Shown here one piece after another: positions 1-13,750 of a stretch of 64,000 nucleotides of DNA. The stretch covers positions 46,748,001-46,812,000 of the forward strand of contig NC_087445.1 of NCBI RefSeq assembly GCF_036321535.1, in the 5' to 3' direction. The position numbers and the translations under genes were made by a program. Every line of letters starts with the position of its first letter. The first letter of the stretch is position 1. The notes beneath the pieces are model-generated. The model was not told the origin of the DNA. It ran no database searches and saw only the letters and a list, made by a program, of their open reading frames with translations. Origin of the DNA: Camelus dromedarius. Taxonomy: Eukaryota.

Positions 1-419
1 ATTGACTGTTTATAATTCATAATGTAGAAAAAAGCAAATTTAAGTGGTGACTCAAGTAATTGTAAATATAGTCCCTGGTACTAAAGTAAAAATTATGTGA
101 AAATAATTTGCATACGTTAATCAGTATATAGCAAGAAAGCCAGGGCTGGAGAAGGCCCAGTGGTTGGACAGTGTAATCATAACCCAAAGCACCAGGGCTC
201 AGGGGTGACAGCAATCAGAATTGTTGGTGTTCTACAACTGGTGACAAATATCTCCACTTTAGGAGGGGTTAAGAACTCCACTCTCCATAGAGTTGGCTTT
301 GTAAGCATAACTTTTTTTTTTTTTTTTCCACATAACTTTTGACTGCTCTGCGTGTCAGGCTGTGAGGAGGAGGGGTAGGGAGGGCAGGGGAGTTCCAGGG
401 ACCATCTCAGGAGAATAAC

Positions 420-3400
420 CTGTGCAGCTGCCTCGGTGAAGCCACAGAGCGCCTTGGAGGCTGTGGCGATGGCCTCCCCAAACTCTGGCAGATTTCCGTT
501 CTTGGCATTTTGGGAGATGCCAGTCATGGCCTCACCCAGCACCTGAGGAACAGAGGGTATCAGGAGAGTCAGATCCTTCCTCAGAGGGGTAGGGCAGCCC
601 CTAGTTAGTTTCCTCTTCCTGCCCTCTGCCCTCCTGGATTCCTGGCTACACCTACCTTTGAGTTTTCCATGACACTGTCCAGGCAGCCAAAGTAGGACAT
701 GTCATTGATGGGCTGGACTGGGTTCTCTAGGAGTTCCCGGACTGTCTGTGTAGGGCGGGGGTTGACGTGAGATCCGAGACATCCCTTCACCCCAAACCCA
801 GAACACCTTCCTCAACCTCAACCCCATTTGGCCTGCCAGAGCCTACCTCCAATTCCCGCAGGGCATTGTCACACTCTTTCTGGCCTGGCGCCTGCTGGGT
901 GCACATGGTGATGAGCTGGTTGATGCTGTCGGTCACTGCCCTGGGAGGAAAAGGAAGTCAAGTGAATGGGTGCCTAGGTCATCATTTCTGCATCCTGTAC
1001 ACATGGGAAGTCTCCAGCTGTTTCTCTTTTGTCTATAATTACTCCTAAGCCAGGGACTTCTCATGAAATTCCCCCTCCTCAATCTCTTCAACATTCTAGG
1101 GCTGGGCTTCCTAGCTTCTGCTTACCGGGCAGCTGCAGCCAGCTGACTCTTGAGGTTGGGGGAAGCAGGGTCTGTGGACAGGGCCTTAGCGGCCAGAAGA
1201 AGTTTGCTTGAAGACATGGAGATGCCCTTCAAGTTGGACACGACCTGGGCACGGTCCTCCTGGCTCTGTTGTAGGTGAGAAGGTCAACACATTGTCCGAT
1301 CCTTTCTTATTTGTCTCTAAAAGGGGCCTCTGTCCCAGACACTCAAGTACTGCTAGAGACTGGGGAGGGGAGGGAGCCAGGGGCCGGACAGGACTCCATG
1401 GTCACACAGATGCCTCCAGTCTGACCCGTGAACTACACCCTGTGCCTCTTCATACCGGAGCCTGTCCTGCNNNNNNNNNNNNNNNNNNNNNNNNNNNNNN
1501 NNNNNNNNNNNNNNNNNNNNNNNNNNNNNNNNNNNNNNNNNNNNNNNNNNNNNNNNNNNNNNNNNNNNNNNNNNNNNNNNNNNNNNNNNNNNNNNNNNNN
1601 NNNNNNNNNNGCCGGCTCTGAGCTTCTTGAAAAGTCCCAGTGCTGGGGGGAAGCTGCATGGTCAGAGGGGAAGTCAGGTGTAAGAATGGGAAAGGATGTG
1701 AGGGAGAGTCTGGTAAAGGAGGGCTGGTAGGTGTGCGCAGAGCCTGGGCTCAGTGAAGGGGGGTACATCTGGGAAGTTGGGGTCAAGGAGAGGTCCAGAA
1801 GTAGGAGGAGGAGCTTGGAATTCTTCATCCCCTAGGTTCCCCCCTCACCCCGCCCCTCTACCGAGTCACTTAGGAGTCGCTTGCTGGCATCTCCCACTGC
1901 TCTCAGGGCATTGTCCACATCGCGCTGGCCAGGCAGGCAGCTGACACAACGGTTCAGGGCCTGGGTCACTGCTTTGGCCACCTGAGGTAGGAAAGGAGAT
2001 GGGGGTTGCCAAAACGGAAATAGTTGGGAGATCCCCTCCTCCACTCATGGGACATGGGAGCCTCTGAAAGTGAAAGCAGAAAGGGGGGGTGTTGTAGCTG
2101 AACAGGCTGCAGTCAGGGTATCAAGTGATGGTGTCCAAACTTCCCCAAATGTGGTGTTTAGCGCAGCCCCTTCCTCAGTCTAGCTGAGACGCTTATACTA
2201 AGACTGAGAGAAGGAAGGGTAGAATCCAGAGAGGAGCTGTCACTGCAGATGAGATTCTCTCCAGGCAGGGTGGGCCTTCTGCTGGGATCTGGGAGAGAGG
2301 GTGTAAGTGGCCCCGTCCCAATACCTGACCTGGGCAAGCCTCTGCTGGCTCTCAGGGTCCCCCGGATGGCCAGCTGCCTTTTTCGCCTCCTCGATGAGGC
2401 TGCTGGCCTTGTCCAGTACATCACTCGCTGTGTCGAGCACGATGGCTTGCACCGCAGGGTCTGATGTCAGGGCAGCTACACCCCTGGCAGCTTGGGCCAA
2501 GGACCGCAGCCCACCTGCCACATCTCGAGCTGCAATACCTGGGGTAGGAGACGAGGAGAGAGGAAGGAAGGGAGAAGGTACCCTCACCGTCAGGCCTTGA
2601 TGCTGGCTGTTTCCTGTCAGCCCCATCCCTTACCCAGCTCCTATTCCCCCATCCTCCTCACCACATGCCCCATTCCTGGCCCTGCCCACGTACCTGCATA
2701 ATTCTCATTGCCCTGGGCAACCTCTCCCAGGAGCTGGGCGATTGCGGAGCTCACTGCTTTGGTGCTGTTGCCCAGGTCCTGGGCACATTTCTCCATCTAG
2801 AGATGAAGGGGGAGACTCAGGGGCACAGATGCAGAAGGAATGGGGAAGATGGAACTTGAGAAGCTACTTGGGGACAGCTGGCAGTTTAAGTGATGTTCTG
2901 GGCAGCTCTGGGGCACAGGTGGGAAGGAAGACTTCAGGGTTTGAGTAAGAATGAGGTCTTATGAATACGTACTGTCTCCCCAGGTAGGGGTTTCAGCTTG
3001 CCATCTCGAGCTGCTGCCTTCACTTCCTGCAGGTCTCTCTCTAGATTCTGGACCACACTCAGAGCAGAATCCATCTCCAAAGGCCCACATGCTTCCTGAG
3101 CCTACAAAGATATGGGGTTTGAGGTGTAGGAGGTACAGCTGTATCTCACTGATGCCTCAGGTTGCACAGTTATCCACTTTAGGGTATTCTGCACAGATGC
3201 TCCATGACCCCAGGGCTCCACTCTCAACTTCCAAAGCAGCGAGTCAGCTCCCATACCTTCTGGGCAGCGGTACGGAGTTCAGCCAATGCGGTGCCAAGGT
3301 TTTTAGCACACTGACTCAGCTGCATGGCCGAAGCCTGGTCCTGAATTGTTGGCACGGAGGCCTTCGCAGCTGCCACCATCTTCCCACCTGGCTGTTGGGG

Positions 3401-6400
3401 AACAGGAGGGTAGATGAAGCGTATCTTATGCCCTCACTGGAGCTCAGTACTGGGGAAGAGGCTATTGGCAGAGAGTTAATCTGATTAAATATTAGAGGTC
3501 TTAGAAGAGTGGGAAGGGCCTGGGCTGAGACGTGGGCGGAGGATGCCTTGCCTGCAGGAAGCTCTGGCTGGCAGCAATGAGGGCTAGCTGAGCACTGGGA
3601 CTGTCAGGCTGGGCTTGGCTCCCTCGGACGCCCTGCACCAGCAGTGGAATCTGCTCTGCCACAGCCTGTAGGTGAAAATGTTATAAGAGCCACTTCCCCA
3701 CAGACTGGGGGAAAGTCCCCCTCCTCCCACACTTCCTCCCGCCCCCGTACACTTCCTGGAGTCTCACCTTGCAGCTCTGCACCAGCAGGGGCTGGGGACC
3801 AGCAGAGGCCTTGGGGGTGGAGGCTGCATGTTGGGCCGCAGCGATGGTCTGTGTAGCTGAGGCTGCAGCCTGCTTGGCTGCGTGCTTTAAGGACAGAATA
3901 GTGATGACCAGCCCCAGGCATTCCTGTACCCTGTCCCTGGCTTATCCTGCCCACACTATCCCTCAAAGAAATATTAACGGATGCTCTCTCCGCACGTCCT
4001 TCCCGGTTTCCTTCCTCCCACAGCACCTACACTGCTGTATTTCCCAGCCTCACCTCCAGGCGCTGCACGAGCTTTTTCTTGATGGCATTCTGCGCAGCTG
4101 CATTGGTCGCCATGCGGAGACCCTCAGCTGCCTCCCGCAGCCTCTGCTGCTGCTCCTCACTGTCAGGGTGGGCGGCTGCTCCCTGAGAGGTGGCGAGAGG
4201 GACAGTTATCACCCAGCATCCCTGTGGACCCTAAATAAGCTTTTCTCTGACCCCTCCAGACTCAGACTTATTTTCCTGAAGTCACTTCTATCCCCACTGG
4301 AAGGTAATCATGGCTGGGATGAGTTGCCTGAAATGGGCAAGTGGGGAGCCTCAGGAGGCCCTGGCTTCCCTTTGGGATGCTGAAATCCCTTCCTTAGGTG
4401 GAATTATTCCTGCTTCCCCTTTTTGGGGAAGAGGCCATGTTTCTTCTCCTACTCCCCAAAACATACCACCAACAAATGGGGGTGAGCAGGGCTCCCTGGG
4501 ACAAGGAGGATGCAGTTTACAGCAGGGATCTCAGGGATACCAAAGCAGGGGCCCTGGTGACTCCTGCAAACTGAAGAGCCCCCAAGCCCAGGGGCATCTT
4601 CCTGACAGTCTTCTGCACCCTTACACCCCTATGGCCCATTGCTTTGTCTTTCTCTGTTCTGCTAGCAGCAGACCCCTGGAACTGAAAGCCTATGTGCTTT
4701 CACAGGAGACCAGGAAGCAGAGGGATCCAGGAAGCAGGCAAGTGGTGGCAGCAGAGTAGGGAAGAGGGAATAGCAGGCCTCGGACTTAGAAGAAGAAAAA
4801 GGTACAGTTTCCTGTCAGTGAGGACTCTGGGAGTCACACTGGCTGGAAGCCTGGCACCATCCACCACCGCCTAGGGGAGCATGTACTTCCTCAGTGCTCC
4901 TATGTTTGTTCTTCTGTATCTTCTGCTTTTCCTGAGTCCCTCCCATCAGACGAGGATGACCCATCTGGACCTTTCTGCTTCCCTGCAGGGCCCGGTCTGG
5001 GGGTCTGCACAGAAGGATCTGTACCTTGGCAGCCTCCACCATCTTGGCTGTGGCATCGGCCAGGATCTTGGCGGCGCTTAATAGCTTGCGGGAATTCTCC
5101 AGGTCACTCTCCCCCTCAGCATCAGCCTTGATGGCATTGACCAGGTCAGAGGTGGCTTGGGCTAGGATGCGGGCCTGTCGCACCATCTCACCTGGGAGCA
5201 CAGGCACAGTCAGGGAAGGAAGCCAGAGACACTGAGGGTGTCAGGAGTTGGGGAAGACAAGGCAGACAGGGCTTGTGGGGACAGTAAGGAGACATGAAAG
5301 TTCTCTGAGTGATTTCCCTGGAGTTATTATTTTCTGAGTTTAGGCTCTCAGAAAGGAATAAATTTCCTGGTGGGCTTTGATGAAGGGAAAGACAGTCTCC
5401 AGTGGGTATTTTCAGCAGTCTTGAGAGGATGAGAATCTTTGTGAAGGATTTGGGGGGTGAGGGAGTGGGGTGGGCATGGCAGTCTCTTAATAATGCCTCT
5501 TTCCATCTATTTTTGTGTATACTTTGGTATGTTTTTTAAATGCACCAAAGAAGGCAGAGATTATATTCCTGCTTTGCAGATGGGGAACCAGAAGTTTCAG
5601 AGATTAAACACCCAGCATACTGGGCCTCGAGGAACCTCACTGGGGTTCTCTGTCTTCTTGAAAGGGTGGGGGCTGTCCTTACCAGCATCACCCATGGAGC
5701 TAAAGATGTTCTCGGTGACAGTGAGGATGGTGTCAGTGGCCTGGTCATAACGGCCAGCAGGCCCAGCCCCTGTGGCGTGGGCCCTCACATGCTGCAGCAG
5801 CTCATTCAGGGCCTGCGTGACGGCTGTGGCTGCCGCTCCTACCCCCCGCAACAGCTGCCCATCTTCTGTGGCTGCCTGGGAGGCGGACACACAGCCTTCC
5901 ACGGCTTTGGCCACAAGTCGTCCGGCTTCCACCAGTTGCTCTTGGCAAACGGGGGAGCTGATTGTAGGTGCCACCACCTGTGGGCAAACTGAGTTTCAGA
6001 GATGTAGGCGAGAGAAATGAGTTGTGAGGTGAAGTGTTTGTGGCGTTCACAGTAGTTGTTAGGCTGCGGAGTGAGGCCTCCGGGGTCAAAGAAATGAAGT
6101 GAGAAGCTCTTGTGTCCGTGGTAGCAACACCACTCGGCACAGGCTGGAGAAGCTTTCGGGGCTCACCTTGGTACAGGCCACCAGCTGGGAGGTGGACAGG
6201 GCACACTGTGTTGCTGCAGCAATAACCTGGGTCTGAAGCCCCGAGTCCTCGGTCCGCTGGGCCACACTCTTGGCCTTGAGGACCAGGGCAGCTGCAGCAC
6301 TTGCCACGGCCTTGGCTAGTTGCATGAGCACGTCCTGTGAGAAAACAGCAGTCAGCATGGCCTGGAATCGGGATTGGGCCTGGGATCCATGGACCCTTCT

Positions 6401-9400
6401 CGGACGCATAAGCTGTTTCATTATTCCCACTGACTCCAATCACAGAGCAGTATGTACAGAGCAACCAGAACCTACCCCAAGCCCCTGCCTCGAGCACCGA
6501 GTAGGACAGAACCTACACCGAGGAACAAACCCACACCAAGAGAAACAGAGCCTACACCAAAGGGAGAAATGCGTGAGGCGGATACACTCGGACCGCGCTG
6601 GGGAGGGAGGGCAGCGCTGTTACAATGGGATGGAGGGAGGAGGTACCTCTTGGGGTCCCGCCTACCCCCTCAGCTTCTTTTCTCCATTTCTTCTCAATCT
6701 TGGTTGGAAACAGTCACCCTGGAGTCTTGAGAACAAGTCCCTGTACTACTCTCCACAACCCCATTTTCTCAAGTCCTGCCTGTGGCTGCCTCCCCAGCTC
6801 CTGGCATGTTCTGCTCCCCCAGGGGGACAGGGGAGGGGGCAGAAGCGAGTGTATGCGGCTCAGAGAGAACAAAGCTGGGAAGGCCCAGGCCAGAGGCCGT
6901 TACCGTGGGGGGATCGGGGGGAGATCGAACCCCAGCCCCTCTGGGTGCACATATCTGTGTAGGAAATCCAGGATGACAAGTCAGCTGAGGAAACTGAGGG
7001 ATCAAGATGCCCTCAAGTTAGGGTGAGGGCTACATATGGGGAAGACAGAGAAAGAGGACAGGCAGCTAAAAAATATCACCAATAAGGGCCAAGGGTAAAC
7101 TAGTTGGTTAAGTTTGGATTCAGGGTTTCTGAATTCTCATCCCCAAAAAAGGGACTAGAGGTTCCCAGTGTCATCTCCTGGAAACAGAGGTTCAGGATGG
7201 TCTGAGGGGTCAATTTATAGTAGCAGGACTAGGAGCTGGATTCAGGATCAGAGACTACCTCCTAGAAACTGGGGTTCTGGGGGTTGGGTAAGTCACCAAC
7301 CTGGAAGTGGGGGTCAGTATCGCTTTCCCCAATTTGCTGCAACAGCTCCCCACTGGCCTGGCCCACGTTCCCAGCTGCTTGCAGCAGGTTCTGACGGGGC
7401 TGTGGAGAGTGGACACCAGTCAGAAGCTGCCCAGTCCCTACCCATGGGTCCTACATGCCCGTGGGTCTCACACTCCCATCACGCAACTTGGACTGGCCTC
7501 TCCTCCTTGGGCTTGAACCCGCTCTCCTCCCTAGTGCCAGCCCCATGGGCCCTGACCTCAGCGCTGGCCGGCTGGGCACTGCGCAGCAGTTCTGACACTG
7601 CCCCCGCCAGGCCCTTGGCTGCCTGCAGCAGGGGCCGGCCACTGCTGCCCTCGTCCTCCAGCAGGGCAGCCAGAAGCTTCACGCCGCGGGACATCTCCGT
7701 CAGGTTGGAGGAGATTGTGGTGACTGCACAGCCAACTGCAGTATAGTCTGTCTCTGCAGGGTCCCCTGGGGGAGGAGGAGGAAGAGGAGCAAGTGTGAGG
7801 GACAGAGCAGGCTAGACGGGGGGCTGGGAGGAGCACAGTCATAGGCAGTTAGTCACACACATGTCCTGAGTGAGACGTACACACACAGTCCCTTCCATGA
7901 GTCAAGGTGCAGTCACACTGAGCGTCACACTCATGCTTGCACACGCTCACCTTCCGCTTCCCCCACATGCCCCCAAAGTTTGGCATCGGCCTACCTGCTG
8001 TCAGGTTCACCACGGAGGCAGTACCAGCTGTGATGGCGTCTACCTGGGAGTGGATTTCATGCTTTGATTCATCCATCTTGTTCTTACGCCAGGCCTTCGA
8101 GGCCTGAGAGAAAGAGAAACAAACCTCAGGGTCCCTTCTGCTCCAGTCAACCCAACCCTGTTCCATGGAGTCCCAGCTGCAGTACTGTCGGCCTGTCCTC
8201 CATCCCATACTCACAGCATCCTGGCCCAGAGGGGGCAGAGTGTCAAAGTCATCCAGAGTGGCCTGGGCAGCCTGCACAGCCTGCATGCTGGAGTTGATAG
8301 TTCCAGTGAGCGCCTGCTGGGCTGACGTCTACCAGACAGAGGAGGAACAGGGAACACTTAGAGGAAAGAGAAGGTAAAAGAGAGCCTGGGCCCAAGGAGC
8401 AGAATACACACAGGGACATGGGAAAAGACTGCCAACTCCTGGCTAGGCCCAGCCGAGTGGGGGCCATGGGGGCGCTCTTACCAGAGGAGGCATGTGTCCT
8501 CGGTGCATCTGGCCACTGGTAATCTGCTGCTGGGCAGGTGGCATGCTGCCCACCTGGAAATTCTCAGGACCAGAGGCTCCAGAGCGCATGATGGCAGGCA
8601 GGGCCACGGAGCCGTGCTCCACCTTCCCCACCCGGTTATACTGCTGCTGAAGGACCGTTGACCTAGAGAGGGGACGTATTGGGAGCACTCCAAGGACTGC
8701 CTCCTCCTGTCCCCTTCCCTCCCTGCTCTACCACCTCTGCAGGCCCTGTGGTCTGGGGGTGCGTGAGGTCACATTACAGCCTGCGACTAGGTAAAGAACC
8801 ATCCTGAGGACTCCCCACCCCTCACACTCCTTGGAGTCATGCCTTGCCTTCCCTGCCCCAGAGGGATGAGGTCAGCCCAGCTCTACTTCCTACTTTTTGG
8901 GGGAGACCGAGTCCTCCAGCATAGTAGACTCCTCATCTCCCTCCAGTCCAAAGTGATCCTTGCTTTTTTTCTGTAGGGAGAAAAAAAGAACAAGAGTTAA
9001 AGAAGAGGGAAGTGGAAAACAGCCTCTTCTTTCCCCAGTCAGCCACTCTCCAGAACCTGGATTCCCATTTCTAAAGGATTGGCTTGGGGAGAAGGAGAAG
9101 GCGAGGCAGGCAGTGCTCACCTTCTTAAGGATGATATCGATGTAGCCAGCAATGAGCTGTGCAATCTGCTCCCCCTCGGTCGTCTGTACTGAGTAGTAGC
9201 CATCCTGGTAGTCCCCAAAATCCTAGGGGGACAAGGTGGGGGTTCAGTGGGAAAGCCTGAATCCACCCAGGACAGAAAAGGGCGGGGTGGGTGCCCAAGG
9301 CTGGGCTGATGAGGGTGGCCTCCCACGCCAAGGAAGAAGTCTACCTTTCTTCAATCTCCTAATTCTTTATTTTTCTTGAAGGGAAATACTTTATTTTCAA

Positions 9401-12400
9401 GCAGTGATCTTTATGCTACACAGTTTCAAATAAGCCATTTAGGAAATCTCTCTTCTCTCACCCTGATAATAAAATTGGAAGGACATATTTTTCATTAATG
9501 ATCACAGTTGAGGATTAGCATTAGTATCCAAAAGGGGAAACCACCTTTACAGATTTCTCTTTCTCAGTGGGGCACTTCCTCAAGGTGGGATCAGTTTTCA
9601 ATTTATAAAACCAAAACACAAAGCCAGAGGGGGGAACTACCATAAGTAGCTGCTGCTGAAAGAGGGGAGGCTTATTTTTCTTTCTATCTCTTTTTTCCTT
9701 CCCTCTCCCCAAGATTCCTGTGATCTCAGCTTGCTGGTTAGTTTTGTTCTGTTGATTTTAAAGAATGTTTCATTTAAGTTACCCTCATTCTCCAGGAGAA
9801 AATTTCTCCTCTATTCTAACCTCCAGGTTCCTGCAATAGTTCCAAAGTTCTCCTTTTTACTGGAGCCACATTCAGCGCACCTACCCGTGGAGGAGGGGAA
9901 GACCTCTGCAGCTGCCCTGTCTCAAAACTCCAAAGCCCTTTCTCCCTGAGCACCCCCCGCTCACCAGGGTGAAGCTCTTGGGAGAGGCAGCCCAGCGTTT
10001 GATGTTTGTGAGGTTCCATTCCTGGATCACCTCTTTGGTCTTCTCATCCACTCGCATCACACACTCCTTAGTGATGCCCAGAAGCCTGGGCACCAGCTTG
10101 TTTTTTCCTTTCATCTTTTCCTGTGAGGTAGAGGCCGTCGCTGGTGTTACTGGTCAGGGGATCAGATCTAGACCACAGAGGGGTGCTGAGATGGGCAGGA
10201 GAGCTAAACCAGGGTGTGTCTCTGGATGGACCTAGGACAAGGCCATGCTAGGATAAAGGGAAAGGGAGGGAAAACGCAGGATAGGGAGGGGAGTGGTGGT
10301 GGAGGACTGACAACCAGGCAAGTTTTCACAAGGAAGAGAATGGGACTCATCGGGAACGATGGGAAATGTGACCAAGGGCAGGGTCAGAGACCTTCGGAGA
10401 GGAAAGGGAAAGAGCGGAAATAAGAGAGGGCAGGGAAAAGGGTCCATGACTCACCTTAACCAGGAAGAAGGAGACGCCGTACGTCTTGAGGGAACGGGCT
10501 AGCTTCACGTAGCGTACCTTGGCCTCGATCTCACTCATCTGTCCACAGTTCTTGTGTGCCTTCAAATATGAAATGGGTAAAGGTTTGGCAAAATGTGGGA
10601 AGAATGATATCAAAGACGAAGAGTTAAGATGGGATGTCAACTATAATGGGAGAATATTACGGGAACATGGAAAGGTTAGGGAGTGCAGGCTATGAGAAAT
10701 GAGAGGGTGCCGGGACGGGGCTGACAAGGGCTCTGCAGAAGCAAGGATTCAAGAAGCGAGGGATGTAGTTAAGGAACTTGCAGACATTCTGGAGACATGA
10801 ATGGACAGGTAGGAAGTGGAAGGTCAAATAGAAGGCCTCTTGGGCTGAGGATTCAGAGTGGGGATAACACCTTCCGTTTGTACAAAGATATACCCCTCAC
10901 AGTGATTTCAGGTGTGCTATCTCATTTGACCCCCTATCAACCCTACGCAGTGCAGGTATCATTATCCCATGTTAGAGATAAAGAGAAGAAAACAAGAATA
11001 TTGAACTGAATTCCACAGCATATGCAGTGATGCAGCTGAGACTAGAAGCCCAGGTCTTCTGCTTTCTTGGCACAGGAGAGGTGGGGGAACAGCCTGGCAG
11101 GCAGAAGCGGGGTAGGGGTGACAGTGAGGGGGCGGGGTCCATTTAGTCAGCAGGATTAAACAACAAAGTTCCCGGGTCATCCCAAACACCTGCCCCTATC
11201 CCCATTCACCTGGAAGATTTTACGCTCTCCCTTCTGCTTCACATACTCCTTGGGCAGGAAGTCCTTCAGGCTACACCAGAAAAGGGAGGGTCAGCATGTA
11301 GCGGACAGCATCAGGGACATGTGGGCCATGGACTGTGGGTCTAGGGGGTGAGGAAGTGTCTAGGACAGTGTTACACAGTGTTATCTTTGGGGAGAAGGAA
11401 GACTCAAGGAAACAGAGCCTGGAATGCCCTGTAATCAAGATGACTTAGCATTTGCTCTTGAATGCAGCCTGTGTCTCTCCCTGCAGGGAAACAGACTGAG
11501 GGAACTTGACTTGGAGGCTCATTCCCTGAGGAAAAAAGGGTCTCGAGCACGATTTCAGGGAACCAAGATCAGAAGGAGCTCACTAGAGGGACAACCATGC
11601 TTGTAAGAAGCTGAGAAAGCCACACCAAACTCTACGTATTCTGAGAAATACCAGTGGATGAGACCTGTGAGATTTTTGAGATCTGATGTTCCCTGTGATG
11701 AAAATGGACCCTGTTTCCCTCTGGCTACCATGGTAAAATTCTTCAGAGAATCTCAAAAAAATTAAATGCTTATTTCAGAGGTAGGGGGCAGGAGCAGGGA
11801 ATCTGAAAGACATTGATATTCCACATGGGGCCAGGGAGGAGACAAATGGATGATGGACACTGAAAAGGTACCCATGTGGGTCAGACCCTGGTACCTTGAA
11901 AGAGGAAATAAGGGAAGGCCTGGGATGGAGACAGGCCCTCTGGGGTCACAATGGGAGGGAGTCCTGAGCCCTGACAGGGCACAGAATGGGGGTCACTCAC
12001 TCAAGGAAGCCGGCTTTGTGCTTCTGCTCATTGTGGGGCCCAAACTGGATCTGGCATTGGAAGCCAGCAAATTCACAGGCCTTGTCGAAGGAGACAGGGT
12101 GGGAGCCATTCAGGATGTCGTCTCGTGCCTTGGGAGCACAGCGAAAGAAGGCCAGTGTTGTGGGGGGTGCAGGGATACTCCTCAGTGTGCTTCTGCCCCT
12201 CCTCACCCCCCTCACCCCAGGCAAGTCCTTTGCACACCTGCACATAAAGAAGGTTAAGCTGGACAGGGTCCCGGGAGTCCACATTCTGGTCTGAGTAGAA
12301 GAACTTCCTCCGGAGCAGAAGCGTCTCGTGCTCCTCCACTCCCTGTTCCCTCAGTGTCCGGCCATGGTCCAGCCAGTTCACTGGGACACAGAGAGTCCCC

Positions 12401-13750
12401 TCAGTGTCAAACCCCCCCACCCCGGCCCCTGCGCCATCTAGCCTCTGGCTTTTTGTTTATTTCCCACCTTCTCTCACTAATATGTAAGTTCCGTGAGTGT
12501 ACGGTTTTATTACTGATGCACCCCAGTGTTTGCCAGTGCCTGGTAAAAGCAAGCGCTCTACAAATAATGCACAAACTGCTGCCCCTGCCACCCTAATTGT
12601 TTCTAATGCCCTCTCCTGTTCATTTCTGCTTACACTCATCATCTGTGTGCAATTTCTGCTTCAGTTTCTCCATCTTCTTTTCATCTCGCAGCAGTGTCTT
12701 GTCCTTTCGTAAGGTCCCTGTCACCTCCTCCTTTTTCTCCTCCATGAGCTCTCGAACCAGAGAGTATTCATCATGGTTGGTGATGCCTGGGGTAGAGGGG
12801 TGGATGGGTTGGCAGCATCCCAGACACCGCACTCACTTCCTCTGGCAGAGCTTGGGCCTCCCTGCCAAGCCTTCAGCCCTGCCAGCCCCTTACCAATGCG
12901 GGCACAGATGGTCATGAGCATGTCGGTGACAGTCTTAGAGTCATCTACCATGACAGTCTTCACAGTGCCGTCCAGCATACGGATCTTCAAGGGCCTCTGT
13001 TTCTTCCTGTACTCCATGGTGTCCTGTTGGGGCAAGAATAGAAGGTAGGGGCCCACTTTAAACTAAAGCTATTACTTCCCTTTTAAGCAGCCACAAGGGA
13101 GAAAAGTAGATTACTAAAAGGAAGACTATGGTGGCTCACTTGAAAGCTACGACTGCCTGGAGTGGAAAGAAAGCATGGGAGAGGTCAGAGACAACAGATG
13201 TGGGTGCTGAAAACAGGAGGAGGAAGGGGGGAAGTGACGGGAGAAGATGTTGGTGGTCCTTGATGAAGTGATACTCACCCCATTTCGGAGCATGTAGTAA
13301 TCCAAAGCTTTCCCGGCCTCCAGCCATATACCCTTTTTGGGGTCATCATCTGACAGAAATAGCCCAAAGTCGCTGGCTGAAAGAGAGGATGGATCATCTC
13401 AGACTTATAGGGGCCCTAATGTGGCTGAGTGGCTGTACCATTACCCCTTATTATTTCCCCAGTGGCCCTGGGCCTAAAGGGGAGAGAGGGAACCAAGAAG
13501 CACAGACCTGAGGGATGAGTAGCCTTGGGGGACAACAGGGTGATTTCCCAAGGCCAAAAGCCTGGGGATGAGAAAGGACCAAGGAACTCCCGCCCCAGCC
13601 ACCTGGGCAGTCTGACTCACGGGGGCCAGCCAGGGCCTCTGGGATCCGCTCACGGATGATGCGACAGGCGTCGTACACCATGGTGGACGGCTCGAACTGC
13701 ATCGTCTTCACCACATTCCCAATGCTGATCTTCAGCGAAAGTGCAACCAT
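420..13750 (-). CDS. TLN1: Talin-1, coding exons 2-33 (FERM head and N-terminal part of the rod); gene continues beyond the left edge
   Basis: Starts MVALSLKISIGNVVKTMQFEPS (ATG 13750, GCCACCATGG context). Exons in transcript order: 13621-13750, 13279-13376, 12894-13023, 12634-12786, 12238-12380, 12001-12128, 11210-11270, 10455-10559, 9965-10120, 9121-9222, 8894-8970, 8482-8662, 8215-8328, 7995-8103, 7557-7765, 7301-7399, 6167-6334, 5683-5977, 5025-5191, 4054-4182, 3768-3884, 3552-3665, 3257-3391, 2973-3101, 2694-2796, 2330-2538, 1862-1981, 1456-1653 (part N), 1126-1265, 847-940, 656-745, 420-542. Phases join into one frame; all GT-AG except one GC-AG. Confidence 0.99.
1471..1610. other. N run (140 nt) inside TLN1 exon 29
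   Basis: Both flanks are coding and in frame; exon totals 198 nt = 66 codons as in talin-1. Confidence 0.95.
6904..6954 (-). CDS. TLN1: TLN1 alternative cassette exon 17b, 17 aa ICAPRGAGVRSPPDPPT
   Basis: 51 nt, CAG acceptor (6955-6957), ACG|GTAACG donor, phase 0/0, no stop. Summed upstream CDS is 1995 nt, so insertion follows Gln665, matching the human exon 17b as I recall it. Confidence 0.9.

Noticed and set aside
5540-6962. Long ORFs 5540-5992 (+), 5802-6497 (-), 6270-6962 (+, 230 aa)
   Set aside because: Antisense or alternate-frame shadows of GC-rich TLN1 exons running into introns; no independent gene signals.
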